The translations under genes and the position numbers were made by a program. Positions 1 to 14,187 of a stretch of DNA of 64,000 nt are shown one piece after another. The notes under the pieces were generated by a model, which did not search any database, had not been told where the DNA came from, and saw nothing but the letters and a program-made list of their open reading frames with translations. The stretch is from NCBI GenBank assembly GCA_029865325.1, contig JAOUHF010000001.1:23569-87568 (forward strand), given 5' to 3'. Numbering within the stretch: the first letter of the stretch is position 1; each line of letters starts with the position of its first letter. Origin of the DNA: Thermoleophilia bacterium. Lineage in GTDB: Bacteria > Actinomycetota > Thermoleophilia > Gaiellales > Gaiellaceae.

Positions 1-1650
1 GACGAGGTCGCAGATCGGATGATGGCGAACCTCGAGGAGACGAACCCGATCTACATGATGGCCAACTCGGGTGCGCGAGGCTCTTTCAACCAGATTCGCC
101 AGCTCGCCGGCATGCGCGGGCTCATGGCCGATCCGAAGGGCGAGATCATCTCGCGACCGATCAAGGCCAATTTCATGGAGGGCCTCACGGTCCTCGAGTA
201 CTTCATCTCCACCCACGGTGCGCGGAAGGGCCTCGCCGACACGGCGCTTCGAACCGCGGACTCGGGGTACCTCACCCGGCGTCTCGTCGACGTCTCCCAG
301 GACGTCATCGTGCGCGAGCAGGACTGCGGGACCGACGATCACATCTCACTTGCGCTCATCCTCGACGACGTACCCAACAAGAGCGTCGCCGGCCGCGTCG
401 CCGCGTTCGACATTCGCAAGCCGATCAAGGACGGCAAGCCCGGCAAGATCGTGATCGTCGCGAAAGGCGAAGAGATCACAATGGCCGCCCTGCGGCTTCT
501 CGTCGAGGAGTTCGGGGAATACGCCGAGACGGCGACCGTGCCCGTTCGCTCGGTGCTCAAGTGCCGGAGCGAGTACGGGCTGTGCCGGCGTTGCTACGGA
601 GCGTTCCTGGCGACGGGCGGCATGACCGAGATCGGAGATGCGGTCGGGATCATCGCCGCGCAGTCGATCGGCGAGCCCGGGACGCAGCTGACCATGCGGA
701 CGTTCCACACGGGCGGTGTCGCCGGTGCGGACATCACGCACGGCCTTCCGCGCGTCGTCGAGATCTTCGAGGCTCGGAGCCCCAAAGGTGCCGGGACGAT
801 GGCGGATATCGCTGGCAAGATCGACATCGAGGCGGCGGATCGCACGATCAAGTTGACGATTACGCCGACCTCGCTCGACGCGAGCGGCGAGCTCCCCGAC
901 CCCAAGGAGTACAGCTTCCCGCGCCGGACGCGATTCATCGTCGCCCAGGGACAGATGGTCGAACCCGGAGACCCGCTCAACGAGGGTTCTCTCAATCCGG
1001 CCGACCTGCTCCTCCTCAAGGGGGCGACTTCGACCGAGCTCTACCTCGTCGGTGAGGTGCAGAAGGTCTACAAGTCTCAGGGTGTCGAGATCCACGACAA
1101 GCACATCGAGCTCATCGTTCGACAGATGTTGAAGAAGGTTCGTGTCGAGAGCGCCGGTGAGACTGCTCTACTGCCGGGGCAACTCGTGGACCGGGTCGTC
1201 CTCGAGCGCGAGAACGCTCGCGCCAAGAAGGAGAAAAAGGAGCAGGCGACCTTCGAGCCGATCATCCTCGGGATCACGAAGGCGTCGCTTGCGACGGAGT
1301 CCTTCCTCTCGGCGGCCTCCTTCCAGGAGACGACGAAGGTCCTGACCGACGCTGCGATCGAGGGTAAGGTCGACCACCTGAACGGGCTCAAGGAGAACGT
1401 GATCATCGGCAAGCTGATCCCGGCAGCAACCGGCCTCAAGCAGTACCGGCAGATCACGATTGAGCCGACCGAGCCGCTTCCGGTGACGTTCGCGCGCCCC
1501 GAGGCGGAAGCCGAGCTTCTTGCCGCTCTCGAGGAGATCGGCGAGGGTGACGGCTTCGGTCTGGGCTCGATCGATCTCCCGCTCGACGACGGGCCCCCGC
1601 TCGATGTCGACGGTGAGGCCGCCGGGCTCGAGCCGCCCGCGGAAGAGTAA
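1..1650 (+). CDS. rpoC: DNA-directed RNA polymerase subunit beta', C-terminal part (5' end upstream of window)
   Basis: Frame open from nt 1 to TAA 1648-1650. Beta' hallmarks [43 protein letters not shown] and [12 protein letters not shown]. Acidic C-terminal tail. Confidence 0.97.
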   Translation, partial: DEVADRMMANLEETNPIYMMANSGARGSFNQIRQLAGMRGLMADPKGEIISRPIKANFMEGLTVLEYFISTHGARKGLADTALRTADSGYLTRRLVDVSQDVIVREQDCGTDDHISLALILDDVPNKSVAGRVAAFDIRKPIKDGKPGKIVIVAKGEEITMAALRLLVEEFGEYAETATVPVRSVLKCRSEYGLCRRCYGAFLATGGMTEIGDAVGIIAAQSIGEPGTQLTMRTFHTGGVAGADITHGLPRVVEIFEARSPKGAGTMADIAGKIDIEAADRTIKLTITPTSLDASGELPDPKEYSFPRRTRFIVAQGQMVEPGDPLNEGSLNPADLLLLKGATSTELYLVGEVQKVYKSQGVEIHDKHIELIVRQMLKKVRVESAGETALLPGQLVDRVVLERENARAKKEKKEQATFEPIILGITKASLATESFLSAASFQETTKVLTDAAIEGKVDHLNGLKENVIIGKLIPAATGLKQYRQITIEPTEPLPVTFARPEAEAELLAALEEIGEGDGFGLGSIDLPLDDGPPLDVDGEAAGLEPPAEE

Positions 1651-1656
1651 GGGCGC

Positions 1657-1691
1657 AGCCGGGGTCTGGCCCGCTGGGCCAGACCCCGGCT
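1657..1691 (+). terminator. Hairpin after rpoC (probable terminator without U-tract)
   Basis: Perfect 16-bp stem AGCCGGGGTCTGGCCC/GGGCCAGACCCCGGCT with 3-nt loop, 7 nt after the rpoC stop. No T-run follows. Confidence 0.55.
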
Positions 1692-1741
1692 GACTCCGTT
1701 GGGGGTCTGAACCCAATCCTTACGTCTTTCTGCTACCTCTG

Positions 1742-3535
1742 ATGCCTATGTGCAGGGGATTCGTAGCGGCTGTCGCCGCCGTTCTTGCTCTCCTCGCCTC
1801 GCCGTCGACCGGCTCGGCCGCGTCGTCCGCCCTGTCCTGTGGCCTCCCGGAGTCGCAGCCGGTCTGGCTCGACTTCGCGGACTCCTCCGTCTCCTTCTGG
1901 CGCGAGCGCTTCGCCCGTCCGGGCGTGGTGCTCGCAACGGGTGGCCCTCAGCTTGCCGCCGAAGCTCGGGCGGCTGGCGCCGGGACCGTTCACTGGGACA
2001 TGTACCTCCGCAGGCGCGTCGGGACACCGTCGGATCCCGCCGACGCCGCCTTGATCGAGCAGCGCGCCGACTCGCTCTTCGACTATGCCGTCTCCGTGAC
2101 CGGATGCCAGCAGCCGCTGATCGCCCTCAACGAGCTCTGGGGAGCGTCGCTGCCGACTCCACTGACCCCCACGGCGGAGCGCTACCGCGCAAATGTTCTT
2201 CGCTTCGTGAGCCGCCTGTCAGCTCGAGGCGGCAGGCCTGCTCTCCTCGTTTCGAGCGACCCCTTCACCGGCGGTGACGCGGCCGCCTGGTGGAAGTCGA
2301 TCGCGGCGGTCTCCGACCTTGTCCTCGAGAACTACGCGAACGCGAACCTGATTTGGCGCGACGGCGCGGTCGACGGCTCCCGCCGTCTCCGCGTCCGCCA
2401 TCGGAAGTCGGCTGCGCGGCTCCTTGCGCTGGGGATTCCACCGTCGCGAATCGGGATCATGATCGGCTTTCAGACAGGCCCCGGAGTCGGTGGGCGCGAA
2501 GGTCTCGCTCCACGCTCGCGCTGGTTCAGTGTCGCGAAGTGGCAAGCACTGGCCGTACGGCAGGTGGCACGTGAGCTCAAGCTCGCCCATCTCTGGTCGT
2601 GGGGTTGGGCACAGCGCAACGAGCGCTCCAACGACCCAGACAAGACGTATGCCGCGTGTGTCTGGCTGTGGGCGCGCGATCCGGGCCTCTGCGACGCTCC
2701 AGGTGTTCTCGGGCGCGAACTCGATGCCGACCGGAAGACTGGCCAGCTCGATCTCCCTTCGGGGACGCGCTGCATGTACGGCTCGAGCCGGCTCGCCGCG
2801 GCGAGCATCGCAGCGCTCGCGAAAGTGACGAAAGATCGGGAGCTCGCCTTGACCGCGCTCGTCGTGCGTGCGATCGAGCGTGAGCGAGCGCGCGTCTCTC
2901 CGTCGGAAGCTCTCGCCGTCGAGGGCCGCATCGTGGGAACTCGGTTCGGCGGAAGTGCATCTGCGTATCGCTCCGCGCTGGCCGAGGCAGGGGCGAGCCT
3001 CTCTGTCGCGCGCGGGATCATCGGTGACGAGCTCAGAGCCCGCGACGTGTTCGATCGGCTCGCGGTGTCCAGCCCGTCGCTGGGGGACATCGCGCGCTTT
3101 CGGGCGACCTACGCCCCCGTTCTTGCGCGTCGGCTCGTCGCGTCGCCCTCACCGAGTTGGCTTCCCGAGGGAAGAGGACTCGCTCTCGCAACGTCCGCCC
3201 CGGAGAGCGTGTTCCAGCTCGCGACGGGCCGGCGGTTGACGGTACGCACGGCCGAGGGCGTGTTCACTGTCAAGGCGGTCGACGAACCGGCAGCTCTCGG
3301 CGCATATCCGTTCGAGGCTGCCCGACCGGCGATCGTTCATGCCTTGCGGAGCGAGCGCCGCGCAGATGCCTACGCCGCGTGGACCATCCGCATGCAGAGA
3401 GCCGCTGAGGCCCGCCTCGTCTGCGAGCGAGACCGTTTGCCCGAGCTCGGCCTGGTAGCGCTGTCGACGTACGCGCCGTTTCTATCGCTGCACGAACCCG
3501 AAGCCGCACGTTGGGCTTCGGCGCGGCGTCCGTAA
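1742..3535 (+). CDS. Hypothetical secreted protein (597 aa)
   Basis: Signal-like N-terminus MPMCRGFVAAVAAVLALLASPSTGSAASSALSC. Long ORF with G+C-rich third positions. No family recognised by eye. Confidence 0.6.
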   Translation: MPMCRGFVAAVAAVLALLASPSTGSAASSALSCGLPESQPVWLDFADSSVSFWRERFARPGVVLATGGPQLAAEARAAGAGTVHWDMYLRRRVGTPSDPADAALIEQRADSLFDYAVSVTGCQQPLIALNELWGASLPTPLTPTAERYRANVLRFVSRLSARGGRPALLVSSDPFTGGDAAAWWKSIAAVSDLVLENYANANLIWRDGAVDGSRRLRVRHRKSAARLLALGIPPSRIGIMIGFQTGPGVGGREGLAPRSRWFSVAKWQALAVRQVARELKLAHLWSWGWAQRNERSNDPDKTYAACVWLWARDPGLCDAPGVLGRELDADRKTGQLDLPSGTRCMYGSSRLAAASIAALAKVTKDRELALTALVVRAIERERARVSPSEALAVEGRIVGTRFGGSASAYRSALAEAGASLSVARGIIGDELRARDVFDRLAVSSPSLGDIARFRATYAPVLARRLVASPSPSWLPEGRGLALATSAPESVFQLATGRRLTVRTAEGVFTVKAVDEPAALGAYPFEAARPAIVHALRSERRADAYAAWTIRMQRAAEARLVCERDRLPELGLVALSTYAPFLSLHEPEAARWASARRP

Positions 3536-3570
3536 CAACAGGACCGCGAGACGCGGTCCTGTCTGCGAGG

Positions 3571-4686
3571 CTACGGCCAGTCGCCCTCGAGCCGATCCTT
3601 ACCAGCACGCTTCGCCCGGTTGACCGCAGCGGAGGCGCGCGCGTCGAGAGACTCGACCGTCTCGTTCGGGCGCCATTCGACGAGTCCGGCCGAGAACGTC
3701 AGACGCCCGACATTCGAGAAACCGGTCACGGCCGCCTCGTCGCGGAGACGTACATAGAACAGACGTGCCTCGTCGCCCGTTGTCTCGGAAAGGAGGATCG
3801 CAAACTCCTCGCCGCCTCGACGACAGACCGTGTCCGTCGCCCGTGCGGCTCGCTCGAGCAGGTCGGCGAACTCCTGCAGCACGAGATCGCCGCCCGGGTA
3901 GTCGAAACGGGAGTTGATCTCGGCGAAGTTGTCGAGGTCGAGGAGGAGGAGCGAAAGCGGACGACCGGTCCGTCGCGCGCGGGCGAGCTCTCGGTCGAGC
4001 TCTTCGTCGTAGCCGCGCCGGTTGCGAACTCCCGTGAGCCCATCGGTGACGGCTCGAAGCTCGGCTTCGGCGAACCGACGCGCGTTGGCGATACCGGTAG
4101 CAGCATCGTCAGCGAGAGCTTGAAGTGCACGCGCGTGCTCCGGCCGGAACGCCGCGGCGCCACGGGCGTACGCAGCGAGCGCTCCTGTCTCGACACCTTC
4201 CTCGACGATCGGGACAACGAGCCCCGATCGATATGCCACCTCCTCTCCCTCGAGCGCGGGAGGGTAGGTCCAGTTGAGCGTCAACGCCCGGAATGGCCTC
4301 GAGTCGGGAGGGCCGAGGGTGGCTTCGAGAAGCGCGGCGCCGTCACCCGTGCCAAACGATGCGATAGCAGGCATGTCTGCTGGCCCACGGACGCGTACCG
4401 TTGCGGCCTGCGCACCCGTCCGGGTCGCAGCCTCCTCAGCGAGCCGTTGGAGGAGCTGGCGAAGGTCGAGAGTAAGACCAAGGTCGCCCAGACCCCGCTC
4501 GCGTGAGTCGTCCGACCGCTCGACGGCGCGTAGCAGATTCAGCGATATCGCCTCCATGTGCAGGTCGAGCTGGCCGACGACGGCCTCGAACCGGCGCTGC
4601 GAGCGCGCGCCGGCCCAGCGGGCCAAAACGACCGCCATGACGAGCACTGCCGCGACCGCAGCCGCGGCGATTACCGCAGTCACCAT
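3571..4686 (-). CDS. Membrane-anchored diguanylate cyclase (GGDEF domain, probable GAF-like sensor region)
   Basis: N-terminal TM helix. C-terminal LTGVRNRRGYDEEL...LLLLDLDNFAEIN...RRGGEEF with GGEEF active site and RATD (RxxD) I-site 5 residues upstream. Confidence 0.88.
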   Translation of the reverse strand: MVTAVIAAAAVAAVLVMAVVLARWAGARSQRRFEAVVGQLDLHMEAISLNLLRAVERSDDSRERGLGDLGLTLDLRQLLQRLAEEAATRTGAQAATVRVRGPADMPAIASFGTGDGAALLEATLGPPDSRPFRALTLNWTYPPALEGEEVAYRSGLVVPIVEEGVETGALAAYARGAAAFRPEHARALQALADDAATGIANARRFAEAELRAVTDGLTGVRNRRGYDEELDRELARARRTGRPLSLLLLDLDNFAEINSRFDYPGGDLVLQEFADLLERAARATDTVCRRGGEEFAILLSETTGDEARLFYVRLRDEAAVTGFSNVGRLTFSAGLVEWRPNETVESLDARASAAVNRAKRAGKDRLEGDWP

Positions 4687-4889
4687 CTCAATCCGACCAC
4701 TCCCCTGCGCTTACTGTATTCGCGGAGACGGGCTTTGGCTACGGCTGACCGACGGCGCCAGATGAGTGGGACTTGCCACCCGCCGCAAACTGGCTTGTCT
4801 GCTACCATCTCGCGGCCCGGTTGGCGGGTCTTGAGGCCCGCCTTCCTTTCTGTCTGAGGAAAGCATTCGACCAGTAGTAGGAGCAGCGC

Positions 4890-5258
4890 GTGCCCACAGT
4901 GAACCAACTTGTTCGCAAGGGGAGGAAGACCCCGAAGGCGAAGACCAAGACCCCGGCGCTCCGGGGGGCGCCGCAGAAGCGCGGCGTGTGCACGCGCGTC
5001 TACACCACGACGCCGAAGAAACCGAACTCGGCGCTCCGGAAGGTTGCGCGTGTTCGCTTGACGAACGGCGTGGAGGTAGGCGCCTATATCCCAGGCGAGG
5101 GGCACAACTTGCAGGAGCACTCGGTCGTGCTCGTACGCGGCGGCCGCGTCCGAGACCTCCCGGGTTTCCGCTACAAGGTCATTCGCGGTGGGCTCGACTC
5201 GGCTGGCGTTTCGGAGCGCCGCCAGGCCCGCTCGAAGTACGGGGCGAAGAAGGCGTAG
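4890..5258 (+). CDS. rpsL: 30S ribosomal protein S12
   Basis: [11 protein letters not shown]...[18 protein letters not shown] signature. GTG start preceded by AGGAG. Confidence 0.98.
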   Translation: MPTVNQLVRKGRKTPKAKTKTPALRGAPQKRGVCTRVYTTTPKKPNSALRKVARVRLTNGVEVGAYIPGEGHNLQEHSVVLVRGGRVRDLPGFRYKVIRGGLDSAGVSERRQARSKYGAKKA

Positions 5259-5265
5259 GACCGAG

Positions 5266-5736
5266 TTGACGCGCCGCGCCGAGATCCAACCCCGCCAGCT
5301 CGAGCCCGATGCCGTTCTCGGCTCGGTTCTCGTCACCCAGGTGATCAACCGGCTGATGCTCGACGGCAAGAAGTCCCTCTCGGAGCAGATCGTGTACGAC
5401 GCTCTCGCGCTCGCCTCTGAGAAGTCCGGCAAGCCGCAGCTCGAGGTACTCGAGCAGGCTGTGAAGAGCGTGACGCCGGTGCTCGAGGTTCGATCGCGCC
5501 GAGTGGGTGGCGCGAACTACCAGGTGCCGGTCGAGGTGCCACAGCGCCGCGCGCGGACTCTCGCGCTCCGCTGGCTCGTGCAGAACGCCCGCGATCGGCG
5601 CGAGAAGGGCATGCCGGAGAAGCTGGCCGGCGAGCTTATGGATGCGATGAACCAGCAGGGTGGCGCCTACAAAAAGAAGGACGACATCTACCGGATGGCG
5701 CAGGCCAACAAGGCCTTCGCGCACTACCGCTGGTAG
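5266..5736 (+). CDS. rpsG: 30S ribosomal protein S7
   Basis: S7 motifs [38 protein letters not shown]. The tracked ORF start at 5188 overlaps rpsL; in-frame TTG at 5266 lies 8 nt after the rpsL stop. Confidence 0.93.
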   Translation: MTRRAEIQPRQLEPDAVLGSVLVTQVINRLMLDGKKSLSEQIVYDALALASEKSGKPQLEVLEQAVKSVTPVLEVRSRRVGGANYQVPVEVPQRRARTLALRWLVQNARDRREKGMPEKLAGELMDAMNQQGGAYKKKDDIYRMAQANKAFAHYRW

Positions 5737-5743
5737 TCGAGAG

Positions 5744-7834
<2,091 letters not shown>

Positions 7835-7869
7835 ATCGAGAGACGACGAGCCCGGAGGGATAGGAACAG

Positions 7870-9060
<1,191 letters not shown>

Positions 9061-9099
9061 GGGCGAGGCGACTCGCCTCTCCTCATTTCGATACAGCAC

Positions 9100-9408
9100 A
9101 TGGCGCAACAGAAGATCCGCATCCGACTCAAGGGCTACGACCACCAACAGGTGGACCGCTCGGCGTCCCAGATCGTGGAGACGGCGCAGCGCACCGGTGC
9201 GACGATCACCGGGCCAGTTCCGCTGCCCACCGAGAAGAACGTCTACTGCGTGATCCGCAGCCCGTTCAAGGACAAGGACTCGCGCGAGCACTTCGAGGTG
9301 CGCACGCACAAGCGTCTGATCGACATCCACAGCCCCACCCCGAAGACGGTCGACTCGCTCATGCGGCTCGATCTTCCGGCGGGTGTCGACATCGAGATCA
9401 AGCTCTGA
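9100..9408 (+). CDS. rpsJ: 30S ribosomal protein S10
   Basis: [19 protein letters not shown]...HKRLIDI signature. First gene of the S10 block. Confidence 0.97.
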   Translation: MAQQKIRIRLKGYDHQQVDRSASQIVETAQRTGATITGPVPLPTEKNVYCVIRSPFKDKDSREHFEVRTHKRLIDIHSPTPKTVDSLMRLDLPAGVDIEIKL

Positions 9409-9413
9409 GTGAG

Positions 9414-10028
9414 ATGAAGGGCATTCTCGGCAAGAAGCTCGGAATGAGCCAGGTCTTCGACCCGGACTCGGGCGTTATGACTGCGGTCACCGTGATCGAA
9501 GCGGGCCCGTGCCCGGTCGTGCAGGTCAAGACGGCCGACGCCGACGGGTACGACGCGGTGCAGCTCGCGTTCGAAGCGGTTGCCGAGCGCAAGCTCTCGA
9601 AGGCCGAGATCGGGCACCTCAAGAAGGCCGGTTTCGGCCCGTATCGCCATATCGTCGAGCTGCGGGGCGAGAGTGGCCTCGCTGTCGGCGAGACGGTCAC
9701 GGTCGAGGCGTTTGAGCCTGGCGACGAGATCAAGATCTCGGGCATCTCAATCGGCAAGGGGTTTCAGGGCACCATCAAGCGCCACGGGTTCACCCGCGGT
9801 CCGGTATCTCACGGCTCGCACAACGTCCGCAAGCCGGGCTCGATCGGGGCGTCTGCGTATCCGTCGCGTGTCTTCAAGGGGATGAAGATGTCCGGCCGCA
9901 TGGGTGGCACCCGCGTCACGCAGCCAGGGCTCGTCGTGCACGAGGTGGATCTCGAGCGCAACCTCCTCCTCGTCCGCGGCTCGGTCCCCGGTGCAGCCAG
10001 CGGTCTCGTGGAGATTCGGAGCGCCTGA
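9414..10028 (+). CDS. rplC: 50S ribosomal protein L3
   Basis: [15 protein letters not shown]...[13 protein letters not shown] signature and operon position. Confidence 0.97.
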   Translation: MKGILGKKLGMSQVFDPDSGVMTAVTVIEAGPCPVVQVKTADADGYDAVQLAFEAVAERKLSKAEIGHLKKAGFGPYRHIVELRGESGLAVGETVTVEAFEPGDEIKISGISIGKGFQGTIKRHGFTRGPVSHGSHNVRKPGSIGASAYPSRVFKGMKMSGRMGGTRVTQPGLVVHEVDLERNLLLVRGSVPGAASGLVEIRSA

Positions 10029-10675
10029 TGGCTTCGTCTCCCAAGGCACCGGTGCTCGGTGGAGCAAAGCAGCAGGAGGTCTCGCTCGAGGCATCCGTCT
10101 TCGCGGTCGGCGTCAAGCCGCATCTTCTCCACGAGACGGTCCGCGCCGAGCTGAACGCGGCACGCGCCGGAACACGCGGCGCGAAGACCCGCGGTCTGGT
10201 CGCGGGCGGCCGGTCGAAGCCATGGCGTCAGAAAGGCACGGGTCGCGCCCGCGCTGGGACGACCCGGGCACCGCACTGGACAGGCGGAGGGGTCGCGTTC
10301 CTGCCCGGAATGAGCAACTTCGAGGTCAAGGTCAATCGCAAGGCGCGTCGTGCGGCGCTGCGCGGCGCTCTGAGCGATCACGCGACGAAGGGGACGCTCG
10401 CGATTCTGGACAGTTCCGGCTTCGACGAACCGTCAACCCGGAAGGCCGCCGGTCTGCTCGCCGGCTGGGGCGATCGCCCTACGCTGGTCGTCGTCACCGA
10501 GGGCGAAGACGTTCTCGTCAAGTCTTTTCGCAATCTCGAAAAGGTCCTCGTGACCCCGCCGAGTGAGCTCGAAGTGGCCCTCCTGCTGTGGGCGCGCTCG
10601 TTGGTCGTCAGCGAAGCCGCGCTGCCGCTCGTTCTGGCTCGCGCCGGTGCGGCCGTAGAGGAGGCAGCGCAATGA
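10028..10675 (+). CDS. rplD: 50S ribosomal protein L4
   Basis: [16 protein letters not shown] motif. ATG overlaps the rplC stop. Confidence 0.96.
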   Translation: MASSPKAPVLGGAKQQEVSLEASVFAVGVKPHLLHETVRAELNAARAGTRGAKTRGLVAGGRSKPWRQKGTGRARAGTTRAPHWTGGGVAFLPGMSNFEVKVNRKARRAALRGALSDHATKGTLAILDSSGFDEPSTRKAAGLLAGWGDRPTLVVVTEGEDVLVKSFRNLEKVLVTPPSELEVALLLWARSLVVSEAALPLVLARAGAAVEEAAQ

Positions 10676-10968
10676 GTCTTCATCCGAATCAGGTCCTGCT
10701 GGCGCCCGTGGTCTCGGAGAAGAGCTACTCCCTCATCACCGATCGCAAGTACACGTTCAAGGTGCACGAGGACGCGCACAAGACCCAGATCCGACAGGCG
10801 GTCGAGGAGCTCTTCGAGGTCAAGGTGCAGGCCGTGAACATCATCAAGGTGCAGTCGAAGCCCAAGCGACGCGGAGCCAGCCAGGGCCGGCGCCCAGGCT
10901 GGAAGAAGGCGATCGTGCAGCTTCACGAAGGCCACGAGATCGAGATCTTCGAAGGGGCGGCTGTCTGA
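10672..10968 (+). CDS. rplW: 50S ribosomal protein L23
   Basis: [13 protein letters not shown]...YTFKVH motif. ATGA overlap with the rplD stop at 10672-10675; the tracked ORF start at 10588 is an upstream in-frame extension. Confidence 0.95.
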   Translation: MSLHPNQVLLAPVVSEKSYSLITDRKYTFKVHEDAHKTQIRQAVEELFEVKVQAVNIIKVQSKPKRRGASQGRRPGWKKAIVQLHEGHEIEIFEGAAV

Positions 10969-11813
10969 TGGCCTTGAAGAAATACAAGCCGACGAGCCCG
11001 GGGCGTCGCTTCATGACGGTGTCCGGTTTCGACGACATCACGAAGTCGGAGCCGGAGAAGTCGCTCCTCGAGCCGCTGACGAAAAAGGGCGGTCGCAACA
11101 ACCGTGGTCGGATCACCACGCGCCATCAAGGCGGCGGCCACAAGCGTCGCTTCCGGACGATCGACTTCAAGCGCACGAAGGACGGCGTGCCTGCGAAGGT
11201 CGCAGCGATCGAGTACGACCCGAACCGGTCGGCCCGGATTGCGCTCCTTCACTACGTGGACGGCGCCAAGGCTTACATCCTGGCTCCGGCACGGCTTCGC
11301 GTCGGCGCGATGGTCGAATCCGGCCCCGAGGCGGACATCAAGCCCGGGAATGCGCTTCCACTCGCGAACATCCCGACCGGCACGCTCGTCCACTCGGTAG
11401 AGCTCAAGCCGGGTCAGGGCGGCCGCATGGCGCGCTCGGCCGGCTCATCGGTGCAGCTTGTCGCCAAGGACGGCGAGCACGGCGTGCTGCGGCTCCCTTC
11501 GGGTGAGTTGCGCCGCGTGCTGCTTACCTGCCGCGCGACTGTCGGGCAGGTCGGGAACACGGATCACGCGAATCAATCGAGCGGAAAGGCCGGTCGCAGC
11601 CGTTGGCTTGGGAAACGCCCCACGGTGCGCGGTTCGGCGATGAACCCGGTCGACCACCCGCACGGTGGCGGCGAGGGCAAGAGCAAGGGCGGACGCCATC
11701 CGGTCACGCCGTGGGGTGTGCCCACACTCGGCAAGCGCACGCGCCGCAAGCACAAGGAGTCCGACAACCTGATCGTCCGCGGCCGCCGCCGCGGCAAGGA
11801 GAGGAAACGGTAA
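10968..11813 (+). CDS. rplB: 50S ribosomal protein L2
   Basis: [32 protein letters not shown] motifs. Confidence 0.98.
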   Translation: MALKKYKPTSPGRRFMTVSGFDDITKSEPEKSLLEPLTKKGGRNNRGRITTRHQGGGHKRRFRTIDFKRTKDGVPAKVAAIEYDPNRSARIALLHYVDGAKAYILAPARLRVGAMVESGPEADIKPGNALPLANIPTGTLVHSVELKPGQGGRMARSAGSSVQLVAKDGEHGVLRLPSGELRRVLLTCRATVGQVGNTDHANQSSGKAGRSRWLGKRPTVRGSAMNPVDHPHGGGEGKSKGGRHPVTPWGVPTLGKRTRRKHKESDNLIVRGRRRGKERKR

Positions 11814-12098
11814 GTGTCACGCTCGTCCAAGAAAGGGCCTTTTATCCAGGACCGGCTGCTGAGCCGGATCGAGGCGATGAACGCCACCGGGGAGAAGCGG
11901 ATGATTCGCACCTGGTCGCGCTCCTCGACGATCTTCCCCGACATGGTCGGGCACACGATCGCGGTTCATGACGGCCGCAAGCACGTGCCGGTCTTCGTGA
12001 CCGAGCAGATGGTCGGGCACAAGCTCGGCGAGTTCGCGCCCACCCGAACGTTCCGCGGCCACTCGGGCGATCGCCAGACACAGGTCAAGAGGAAGTGA
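11814..12098 (+). CDS. rpsS: 30S ribosomal protein S19
   Basis: SRSSKKGPF...[26 protein letters not shown] start directly after the rplB stop. Confidence 0.97.
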   Translation: MSRSSKKGPFIQDRLLSRIEAMNATGEKRMIRTWSRSSTIFPDMVGHTIAVHDGRKHVPVFVTEQMVGHKLGEFAPTRTFRGHSGDRQTQVKRK

Positions 12099-12580
12099 TG
12101 GCGGCTTCAGGAGACGACACGATGAAGGTGCGCGCGCAGGCGAAGTGGGTGCGCACGTCCGCGCGGAAGGCGCGACTCGTGCTCGACCACATTCGCGGGC
12201 GCAGCGTTCCGGAAGCACGCACGATTCTCGCTTTCACTCAGCGTGCTGCGGCAACGGACATCGAGCGAGTGCTTCGTTCCGCCGTCGCGAACGCGGAAGC
12301 CAACCACGGGCTCGACGGCGACGACCTCGTCGTGGCAGCGGCCTACGCGGACGAGGGGCCGACCCTCAAGCGCTGGAAGCCTCGTGCACGGGGCCGCGTC
12401 AACCGGATTCGCAAGCGCACGTGTCACGTGACGCTCGTGCTCGCCGAGCGGCCCGAGACGAATGCCCCCAGGCGCCGCCGCGCTGCGTCGACAGCCGAGA
12501 AGGCGGCACCCGAGGTCGCGTCCGGCGAGTCGAAGCCCAAGGCGACAACGCGACGACGGAAGAAAGAGGCGGTGGCGTAA
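12095..12580 (+). CDS. rplV: 50S ribosomal protein L22 with basic C-terminal extension
   Basis: [38 protein letters not shown] motifs. Alternative start at 12122. About 40 extra C-terminal residues. Confidence 0.95.
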   Translation: MMAASGDDTMKVRAQAKWVRTSARKARLVLDHIRGRSVPEARTILAFTQRAAATDIERVLRSAVANAEANHGLDGDDLVVAAAYADEGPTLKRWKPRARGRVNRIRKRTCHVTLVLAERPETNAPRRRRAASTAEKAAPEVASGESKPKATTRRRKKEAVA

Positions 12581-13569
12581 TGGGCCAAAAAGTGCATCCC
12601 GGTGGGTTCCGAGTTGGCGTCATCCACGACTGGAAGTCGAACTGGTGGACCGGCAAGGCCGAGTTCGCGGACTATATGCTCGAAGACGTCAAGATCCGCA
12701 AGCACATCCTCGGGAAGCTCTCGCACGCCGGGCTCTCCGACATCCTGATCCGCAAGGACAAGCAGCGGATCACGATCGACATCTACACCGCTCGCCCCGG
12801 GATCGTCATCGGGAAGTCGGGCGTCGAGGTGGATGCACTTCGTCGTGAGCTCCACGCGATTACGAAGAAGAATGTCCACGTCAACATCAACGAGATCAAG
12901 CGCCCCGAGCTCGACGCGAAGCTCGTCGCGCAGTCGATCGCCGAGCAGCTCGAGAACCGCGTGAGCTTCCGGCGCGCCATGAAGCGCTCGCTCGCGTCCG
13001 CGATGCGCTCCGGTGCTCAGGGCATCAAGATCAAGGCTGCAGGGCGGCTCGGCGGCGGCGAGATGAGCCGGCGCGAGATGTACTCCGAGGGTCGTGTGCC
13101 GCTGCACACGATTCGCGCGGACATCGATTACGGCCAGGCCGAGGCGACTACGACCTTCGGCAAGATCGGCGTCAAGGTCTGGGTCAACAAGGGTGAGATC
13201 ATGCCCGAGGGTTACGAGGCCCCAGGTGCTCGCGACGGGCGACTCGGTGACCAGGATCAGGCTCGGCGTAGGCGCGGCTCCTCGTCCGAAGGCCTCGGCG
13301 CATCGAGAGAGGGTCGCGGTCGCTCAGTCGACCGCGAAGGTCTCGGCCTCGCGCCGCGCAAGAAGCGCGGAGCGCGCCCTGCCGGCGGCCGACCGGGCCA
13401 GCGCCCCCGCACCGACGCGAGCGCCGGGCCAGCCGCGCCCGAGGCGGAAGCCCCAGCGACCGAGGCTGGAGTCCAGGTCGATGTCACGCCGGAGACACCT
13501 ACCGGGACGACTGAGGCGCAACTCGACGGAGTACCGGAGCCGACCGCCGAAACAGAGGCAGACAGCTGA
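12580..13569 (+). CDS. rpsC: 30S ribosomal protein S3 with ~100-aa low-complexity C-terminal tail
   Basis: [15 protein letters not shown]-domain [11 protein letters not shown] overlaps the rplV TAA. The tracked ORF 12145-13569 begins in an alternative frame over rplV. Confidence 0.96.
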   Translation: MGQKVHPGGFRVGVIHDWKSNWWTGKAEFADYMLEDVKIRKHILGKLSHAGLSDILIRKDKQRITIDIYTARPGIVIGKSGVEVDALRRELHAITKKNVHVNINEIKRPELDAKLVAQSIAEQLENRVSFRRAMKRSLASAMRSGAQGIKIKAAGRLGGGEMSRREMYSEGRVPLHTIRADIDYGQAEATTTFGKIGVKVWVNKGEIMPEGYEAPGARDGRLGDQDQARRRRGSSSEGLGASREGRGRSVDREGLGLAPRKKRGARPAGGRPGQRPRTDASAGPAAPEAEAPATEAGVQVDVTPETPTGTTEAQLDGVPEPTAETEADS

Positions 13570-13994
13570 TGCTGATGCCACGCAAGACGAAGTTCCGGCG
13601 ACACCATCGCGGTCGTCGGCGGGGCACCGCAAAGGGTCAGACCACGGTTCAGTTCGGCGACTTCGGGCTCAAGGCACTCGAGACGGGCTGGGTCACGAAC
13701 CGCCAGATCGAGGCTGCCCGAATCGCGGCGACGCGAAAGATTCGCAGGACGGGGAAGGTCTGGATCAATCTCTTCCCGGACAAGCCGGTGACCAAGAAGC
13801 CCGCGGAGACGCGAATGGGCTCGGGCAAGGGCTCGCCCGAAGGCTGGGTTGCGGTGGTCAAGCCGGGCCGCGTGATGTTCGAGCTCGCCGGTGTCCCCGA
13901 GCCGCTCGCGAAGGAAGCGCTTCGCCTGGCCGGGCAGAAGCTGCCGCTCAAGACGAAGTTCGTGAGACGGGAGGCGGATCTCTTTGAGAGCTAG
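13569..13994 (+). CDS. rplP: 50S ribosomal protein L16
   Basis: [15 protein letters not shown]...[27 protein letters not shown] overlaps the rpsC TGA. Confidence 0.97.
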   Translation: MLMPRKTKFRRHHRGRRRGTAKGQTTVQFGDFGLKALETGWVTNRQIEAARIAATRKIRRTGKVWINLFPDKPVTKKPAETRMGSGKGSPEGWVAVVKPGRVMFELAGVPEPLAKEALRLAGQKLPLKTKFVRREADLFES

Positions 13995-14187
13995 AGAGCT
14001 GCGAGCCCTGACCGACGACGAGCTACTCCGCAAGATGGCCGAGACCCGGCAGGAGCTTTTCAACCTCCATTTTCAGACCGCCACCGGCGTGCTCGAGAAC
14101 AGCGCCCGCCTGCGGCACGCCAAGCGAGAGATCGCCCGCATCCTGACCGTCCAGAACGAGCGTGAACGAGGAAAGACACATGCCTGA
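13984..14187 (+). CDS. rpmC: 50S ribosomal protein L29
   Basis: [35 protein letters not shown] signature. TTG start. Confidence 0.94.
   Translation: MRARELRALTDDELLRKMAETRQELFNLHFQTATGVLENSARLRHAKREIARILTVQNERERGKTHA

Noticed and set aside
4687-4889. Promoter or r-protein leader upstream of rpsL.
   Set aside because: I could not find a -35/-10 pair with acceptable spacing, nor a convincing conserved structure; only weak 5-6-bp stems.
12145-13569. 474-aa tracked ORF containing S3.
   Set aside because: The first 145 aa are an alternative frame over rplV. S3 begins with [11 protein letters not shown] at 12580.
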